This document shows, in pieces, positions 54,956 through 64,000 of a stretch of DNA of 64,000 nt. The notes beneath the pieces were generated by a model. That model made no database searches. It was not told the DNA's origin and saw nothing but the letters and a program-made list of their open reading frames with translations. The stretch lies in assembly GCF_009914755.1 (NCBI RefSeq), contig NC_060926.1; one strand, 5' to 3'. This stretch comes from the human T2T-CHM13v2.0 reference genome, Homo sapiens. Both the position numbers and the translations under genes were made by a program. The first letter of the stretch is position 1. Every line of letters starts with the position of its first letter.

Positions 54956-55265
54956 TCTGACTGCCAGGATAGATGAAGTTTAATTACCTGCTACACTATC
55001 CCCAGAGTATGCATCTGTGTTCCGAGCAGAGACCAGGCCGACCTCTCCATCTTTCCTGCTGTGAAAGGATGCTAGAACTAGGGACTCTCCTTATCCCACT
55101 GCTTCCTCAAGGCAGAATAGTGTTTCCCTGTGGGTCAAATATCTTCAGAACTTACACATTCTCAGATGACCCAGCTTTCATGTTTTCTTGGATTTGTAAG
55201 CAGGACCCTTACACAGCATCACATGAAGGGTATGTCTGAGAAACACCAGTTCATCCGTGGTGGAT

Positions 55266-55293
55266 CCAGGTGTCATCTGCCAGGTGTCATCTG
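55266..55293. repeat. Perfect 14-bp tandem duplication
   Basis: ccaggtgtcatctg twice. Confidence 0.95.
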
Positions 55294-56019
55294 TCCTAGC
55301 TTTGTATCTGGTAGTGTTCATAGCTACACTAGTGATCAGCCTTGCTGCTCCCTCTACCAGGGTTCACTCTGTTGTGAATGGTGTGCTCTTTAACCTTCAT
55401 ATGTGGCATGTATCTGACTGACGAGGGAGCCTATTGTCTGTAGACATTGAACACAAGTATGTCTTATAATATAAGGAATAGTATATTCCTCTCTTCAATT
55501 GACTTTGGCCAAATAATTGCAACAATTTCTAGAACAGATTGTGAGTTTCATTCCAAACAGGTAAATTTTCATTTAATCAGTCCTGCTTAGTACAGCAATT
55601 TCCAGGTCTCCATGGTAGGCCATAGTTACAGCGCTTTGCTGATCTGGTTTCCACACACACACAAAAAATCTATTAAAAGAAAATTCTTTAGAACAGATGT
55701 GTCGACAAATCCCTGTCCACAAAGCAGTCAAGCTATTTAACAAAAATGTTAGTTCAGTATTTGTTCTATTTGTTGTAACTGTATGAGTTTGCTGAGTCTC
55801 AGCGGGGGTGGATGGAGGAAGTAGGGGGGAGAACAGGGAAAGAAGCGTTAGCAGAGCCAGGTGAGGATGAAAGAAAGCAGCAATGGGGTGCCATAAGGGG
55901 GAGTCAAAGAGGGAGAGAAAGAGAAGACAGGGTGGGACAGTTGAAACCAAAGTTTCAGAGACAGTGCCAGAAAGCAGGAAAAAATATCCCATGACTTTCA
56001 CCATTCTAGACAATGCTAA

Positions 56020-56700
56020 TCCCAACAGTCTTTCCTCTGATGCAGCAATCTTAAATCATCTTCCACCTCATACCTTCTCCTCCCCCTCTCTTAGGAAGAG
56101 AAAGCACTGGATTTTCAAGCCTGATACCTCTGAGTTTTCTTTGACTCCTCTCTCTTTGTCATACCAGCATTGAGTCAACCACCAAGTTCCAACAACTCTT
56201 CCAATTTATTGTTGCTCAAATCTGTCCCTTTCTCCCCATTACTGTCATTAGCTCTCCAGCAGGCTTTTCCAGTCACCCCCTACTGCCCTCAGGCACACCC
56301 TCCTTCAATCCATTCTTTACTCAGCAGCCCAGAGAGTATTACTTAAAACCCAAAACATCACCTAATTGTATCCACACACAGTCTTTCTAATCCCACTCTT
56401 AATTCTTTCCTTCAGCACTCAACACCAACATGATGCTTAAATGCTCCCCCATGACATTCCAAATAAACTTCTAATTTTTTAAATGGCAGACAAAACCGTT
56501 TTATATTAGACTCTGTCTACACTTCCAGCTTCATCTTTTCTCCCATCACTCTTACCAGTCTCAATGTGTATTCCAGCCAGCATCCTTAGCCCCTGGGTAT
56601 TTTCTATCCTTATAGCTTTGTACATGAAGAGCCCTCTACATAGATTGTACCAGCACCCTCACCAACTCCTTCTCCTGTCCACTCTTCAGTTCTTTTGCTC
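56020..56700 (+). mobile_element. L2 fragment
   Basis: 'ctcctctctctttgtcatacc...caccaagttcc...ccttcaatccattctttactcagcagc' matches the L2 body. Confidence 0.6.
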
Positions 56701-56787
56701 TGGTAGTGAAATTGGAAGCAAGGCAATTTTAGATCATTTTAATGCAGTTATTCCAGCTGAATAATTCCCCAGATATATAAAAAATTT

Positions 56788-56796
56788 TAGATAGAT

Positions 56797-56838
<42 letters not shown>

Positions 56839-56858
56839 GACATAGATATAGATATAGA
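56788..56858 (+). repeat. Compound (GATA)n microsatellite
   Basis: (GATA)10 core at 56797-56836 with degenerate flanks. Confidence 0.97.
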
Positions 56859-57289
56859 AGACAGATACCATGTACAGACATATGGCACAGATTGAGCAGA
56901 CTCTCCCACCTGCCTCATCCCTGAGCTGCCACAATCCTTTGGACTTGCCTCTCTTAGAGCCATTGTCATTGTCTTTTGTCTTTGACAAGCCACAGTCTTT
57001 TAATCACCAGAAGTTTTTAATGTCTTCAGGCAATAACTCTTTCAGGACATTATCAACATCAGCTGAATGCTCCCCCACACAATAGCTATTGCTTCTTAAA
57101 TGGAAAAAATTCTTACCCACACTAAAACTTTCAACGTTAAGAAATTATTATTTGCAAAGAGTGCATGCCAAAGCAAGGAGGGTAGAAAGTAAACTTTCCA
57201 TACCCTTCAGTAATCAATTTTTACTTAAACACAATTTGAATTTAACAAAATCATCTAATCCCAAACAAGCAAAAGCTGAATGAACTCAT

Positions 57290-59487
57290 CCCTACTAGAC
57301 CAGCCTTATAAGAACTGCTCAAGGGATTTCTGCATCTGAAAGCAAAAAGATGATCATCATCATAAAAACAGGTAAAATGATAAAACTCACTTATAAAATA
57401 GAAATATAAAGGAGAAAGTAAAGAATCAAACCTTATCACTACAAAAAACTCACCAAACTACAATGATTAATAATGACAGAGGAAGAAAGGAACAAAGGAT
57501 ATAGAAAACAACCAGAAAACAATTAACAAAATGACAGGAGTAAGTCCTCATCTGTCAATAAACTTGAATATAAACAGATTAAATTTTCCACTTGAAGGAT
57601 AGCTTTTAAGATAAATTCCCCACCAGCTGAATGAAAGATAACATGACACAACTATATGCTGCCTACAAGGAACTGACCTCACCTGTAAAGACACATGTAC
57701 AATTGACCCTTGAACAACACAAAAGTTAGGGGCACCAACCCCCATGCAGTCAAAAATTCCCATATAATTTTTGACTCTAAAACACTTAACTACCAATAGC
57801 CTATTGTTGAGTGGAAGCCTTAATGATAACATAAACAGTCCGTTAAAACACATTTTATATGTTATATGTATTATATACTTAAAATGAAGTAAGCTAGAGA
57901 ACAGAAAATTTTATTAAGGAAATAATGAGAGAAGAGAAGATATATTTACTGTCCATTAAGTAGAAGTGAATCATCATAAACATCTTTATCCTTGTCTTCA
58001 CATTGAGTAGTCTTAACAGGAGGAAGAAGAGGAGAGATTGGTTTTGTTGCCTCAGAGGTGACAGAGCCATAAGTGGTAGAGAAGGTGGAAGAAGAGACAG
58101 GAGGGTTACAATCAGTGTAACTTTTACTGAAAAAAATATTGCATGTAAGTGAACCCATGTGGGTTCAAACCCGTTATTCAAGGGTCAACTGCATACTGAA
58201 AGTGGAGGGATGGAAAAAGACATTCCATGTCAACAGAAACCAAAAGCAAGCAAGAGTAGCTATACTTAAATCAGATAAAACAAACTTTAAGTCAAAAAGT
58301 GTAAAAAGAGATAAAGAAGGTTATTATATAATGATAAAGGGGTCCATCTGGCAAGAGGATATAACAATAATAAACATGTATGTACCCAACACCAGAGCAC
58401 TCAGATATATAAAGCAAATACTATTTCATCTAAAGGGAGAGATAGACTGCAAAACAATAATAGTTGGGGACCCCACTCTCAGCATTAGACGGATCATCTA
58501 GACAGAAAATCAACAAGGAAACATTGAATTTAAACTTCTTTAGACCAAATGGTCCTAACAGACATTTACAGAACATTTTATCTAACAGCTGTAGAATGCA
58601 CTTTTTTTTTCATCAGCACATGGAACATTCTCCAGGATAGAACACGTTAGGCCACAAGCCAAGTCTCAACTAATTTAAATGAATTGAAATTATATCAAAT
58701 ATATTTTCTGACCACAATGGAATAAAACTAAAAACCAATAATAAGAGGAACTTTTGAAAATGTACAAATACCTGGAAATTAAACAACATGTTCCTGAGTG
58801 ACCAATAAGTCAGTAAGAAATTAGGAAGAAAATTTAAAAATGTCTCGAAACAAATAAAAATAGAAACACAACATACCAAAACCTAGGGGATACAGCAAAA
58901 GTAATAGTAAGAGAGAAGTTCACAGCAACAAACACCTACTTCAAAAATGTAGAAAGATTTCAAATAAGCATCCTAATGACGTATCTGAAGAAACTAGAAA
59001 AACAAGAACAAACCAAACTCAAAATTAGTGGAATGAAAGAAATAATAAAGATGCGAGCAGAAATAAATAAAACTAGGTCTAAAAAATATATAAAACAAGG
59101 AAGTGAAAAGTTTGTTTTCTGGAAAGACAAATAAAATTGACAAATCATTAGCTAGACTAACCAAGAAAAAGAAAAGACACAAATAAATAAAATAATAAAT
59201 AAAGAAGGAGACATTACTATTGATACCACAGAAATACAAAGTCTCATTAGAGACTGTTATGAACAACTGTATGCCAACAAATTAGATACCTAATGAAAAT
59301 GGTTAAATGCCCGGGCACATGTAACCTACCAACATTGAACCAAGAAGAAATAGAAAACCTGAATAGACCCATTGTGAGTAATGAGATTGAATTAGTAATA
59401 AAAAGTCTTCCATCAAAGAAAAGTCCAGGACCTGATGGCTTCACTGCTAAATTCTACCAAACATTTAAAGAATTATTACCGACACTA
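57290..59487 (+). mobile_element. Older L1 (L1MA/L1M-type): ORF1 end, inter-ORF and decayed ORF2 EN region
   Basis: ORF2 start 'atgacaggagtaagtcc' at 57531; fragments translate to WKKTFHVNRNQKQARVAILKSDK and [23 protein letters not shown]; many stops; split by Tigger3; cut by the young L1. Confidence 0.92.
57700..58191. mobile_element. Tigger3-family MITE inside the old L1 ORF2
   Basis: TIRs caattgacccttgaa / ttcaagggtcaactg; opposite orientation to the copy at 24193. Confidence 0.9.
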
Positions 59488-60392
59488 GGGGAGGAGCCAA
59501 GATGGCTGAATAGGAACAGCTCCGGTCTACAGCTCCCAGCGTGAGCGATGCAGAAGACGGGTGATTTCTGCATTTCCATCTGAGGTACCGGGTTCATCTC
59601 ACTAGGGAGTGCCAGACAGTGGGCGCAGGTCAGTGGGTGCGCGCACCGTGTGCGAGCCGAAGCAGGGCGAGGCATTGCCTCACTTGGGAAGCGCAAGGGG
59701 TCAGGGAGTTCCCTTTCCGAGTCAAAGAAAGGGATGACGGACGCACCTGGAAAATTGGGTCACTCCCACCCGAATACTGGGCTTTTCCGACGGGCTTAAA
59801 AAATGGCGCACCACGAGATTATATCCACCACCTGGCTCGGAGGGTCCTATGCCCACGGAGTCTCGCTGATTGCTAGCACAGCAGTCTGAGATCAAACTGC
59901 AAGGTGGCAGCGAGGCTGGGGGAGGGGCGCCCGCCATTGCCCAGGCTTGCTTAGGTAAACAAAGCAGCCAGGAAGCTCGAACTGGGTGGAGCCCACCACA
60001 GCTCAAGGAGGCCTGCCTGCCTCTGTAGGCTCCACCTCTGGGGGCAGGGCACAGACAAACAAAAAGACAGCAGTAACCTCTGCAGACTTAAATGTCCCTG
60101 TCTGACAGCTTTGAAGAGAGCAGTGGTTCTCCCAGCACGCAGCTGGAGATCTGAGAACTGGCAGACTGCCTCCTCAAGTGGGTCCCTGACCCCTGACCCC
60201 CGAGCAGCCTAACTGGGAGGCAACCCCCAGCAGGGGCACACTGACATCTCACATGGCAGGGTATTCCAACAGACCTGCAGCTGAGGGTCCTGTCTGTTAG
60301 CAGGAAAACTAACAAACAGAAAGGACATCCACACCAAAAACCCATCTGTACATCACCATCATCAAAGACCAAAAGTAGATAAAACCACAAAG
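59488..60392. promoter_or_regulatory. L1 5'UTR with sense and antisense promoters
   Basis: Intact start with YY1-type site caagatggctg; many CpGs retained; length matches 5'UTRs that lack the 129-bp ZNF93-binding segment. Confidence 0.85.
59722..59937 (-). CDS. ORF0: LINE-1 ORF0 (71 aa), intact
   Basis: MAGAPPPASLPPCSLISDCCASNQRDSVG...FSRCVRHPFL*; ATG at 59937-59935 in the context gcaATGg. Confidence 0.8.
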   Translation of the reverse strand: MAGAPPPASLPPCSLISDCCASNQRDSVGIGPSEPGGGYNLVVRHFLSPSEKPSIRVGVTQFSRCVRHPFL

Positions 60393-61407
60393 ATGGGGAA
60401 AAAACAGAACAGAAAAACTGGAAACTGTAAAACGCAGAGCGCCTCTCCTCCTCCAAAGGAACGCAGTTCCTCACCAGCAACGGAACAAAGCTGGATGGAG
60501 AATGACTTTGACGAGCTGAGAGAAGAAGGCTTCAGACGATCAAATTACTCTGAGCTACGGGAGGACATTCAAACCAAAGGCAAAGAAGTTGAAAACTTTG
60601 AAAAAAATTTAGAAGAATGTATAACTAGAATAACCAATACAGAGAAGTGCTTAAAGGAGCTGATGGAGCTGAAAACTAAGGCTCGAGAACTACGTGAAGA
60701 ATGCAGAAGCCTCAGGAGCCGATGAGATCAACCGGAAGAAAGGGTATCAGCAATGGAAGATGAAATGAATGAAATGAAGCGAGAAGGGAAGTTTAGAGAA
60801 AAAAGAATAAAAAGAAATGAGCAAAGCCTCCAAGAAATATGGGACTATGTGAAAAGACCAAATCTACTTCTGATTGGTGTACCTGAAAGTGATGGGGAGA
60901 ATGGAACCAAGTTGGAAAACACTCTGCAGGATATTATCCAGGAGAACTTCCCCAATCTAGCAAGGCAGGCCAACGTTCAGATTCAGGAAATACAGAGAAC
61001 GCCACAAAGATACTCCTCGAGAAGAGCAACTCCAAGACACATAATTGTCAGATTCATCAAAGTTGAAATGAAGGAAAAAATATTAAGGGCAGCCAGAGAA
61101 AGGTCGGGTTACCCTCAAAGGGAAGCCCATCAGACTAACAGCGGATCTCTTGGCAGAAACCCTACAAGCCAGAAGAGAGTGGGGGTCAATATTCAACATT
61201 CTCAAAGAAAAGAATTTTCAACCCAGAATTTCATATCCAGCCAAACTAAGCTTCATAAGTGAAGGAGAAATAAAATACTTCACAGACAAGCAAATGCTGA
61301 GAGATTTTGTCACCACCAGGCCTGCCCTAAAAGAGCTCCTCAAGGAAGCGCTAAACATGGAAAGGAACAACCGGTACCAGCCGCTGCAAAATCATGCCAA
61401 AATGTAA
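60393..61407 (+). pseudogene. L1-ORF1: L1 ORF1p, disrupted
   Basis: MGKKQNRKTG...; nonsense TGA at 60723-60725 (consensus Cys) and a 2-bp deletion frameshift near 61097; ends ...QPLQNHAKM. Confidence 0.95.
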
Positions 61408-61443
61408 AGACCATCGAGACTAGGAAGAAACTGCATCAACTAA

Positions 61444-64000
<2,557 letters not shown>

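Noticed and set aside
59293-59544. 83-aa ORF fusing old L1 ORF2 to the young L1 5'UTR
   Set aside because: Chance read-through across an insertion junction, with no promoter or Kozak evidence.

Overview
This is human non-coding genomic DNA (intergenic or deep intronic). It carries an AluYa5 and a young L1PA2/L1HS-type element, both marks of recent hominid/human retrotransposition. I find no host protein-coding gene, and almost all ORF-track entries are chance ORFs or translated repeats. The window is a mosaic of Alus, MIRs, L2s, old L1M fragments, MaLR/ERV solo LTRs (MST, THE1, MLT1, MLT2, LTR16, LTR12), hAT and Tigger MITEs, microsatellites, and one tailless 5S rRNA retropseudogene. A 5'-complete young L1 starts at 59488 and runs off the right edge; its ORF1 and ORF2 are disrupted but its antisense ORF0 is intact. 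The most notable observations are: a 35-bp templated insertion in an MLT1 LTR copied from 5.57 kb away; an LTR12 solo promoter with a CCAAT array; a 49-bp tandem duplication with six GATA sites; a perfect DUX4 site in a THE1D/MSTA LTR; a candidate 64-nt exon; and two recursive-splice-like AG|GT sites. I see no evidence for a new multi-gene biological system. Repeat subfamily names come from recalled consensus sequences and need RepeatMasker/Dfam confirmation. Boundaries of old repeats are approximate.
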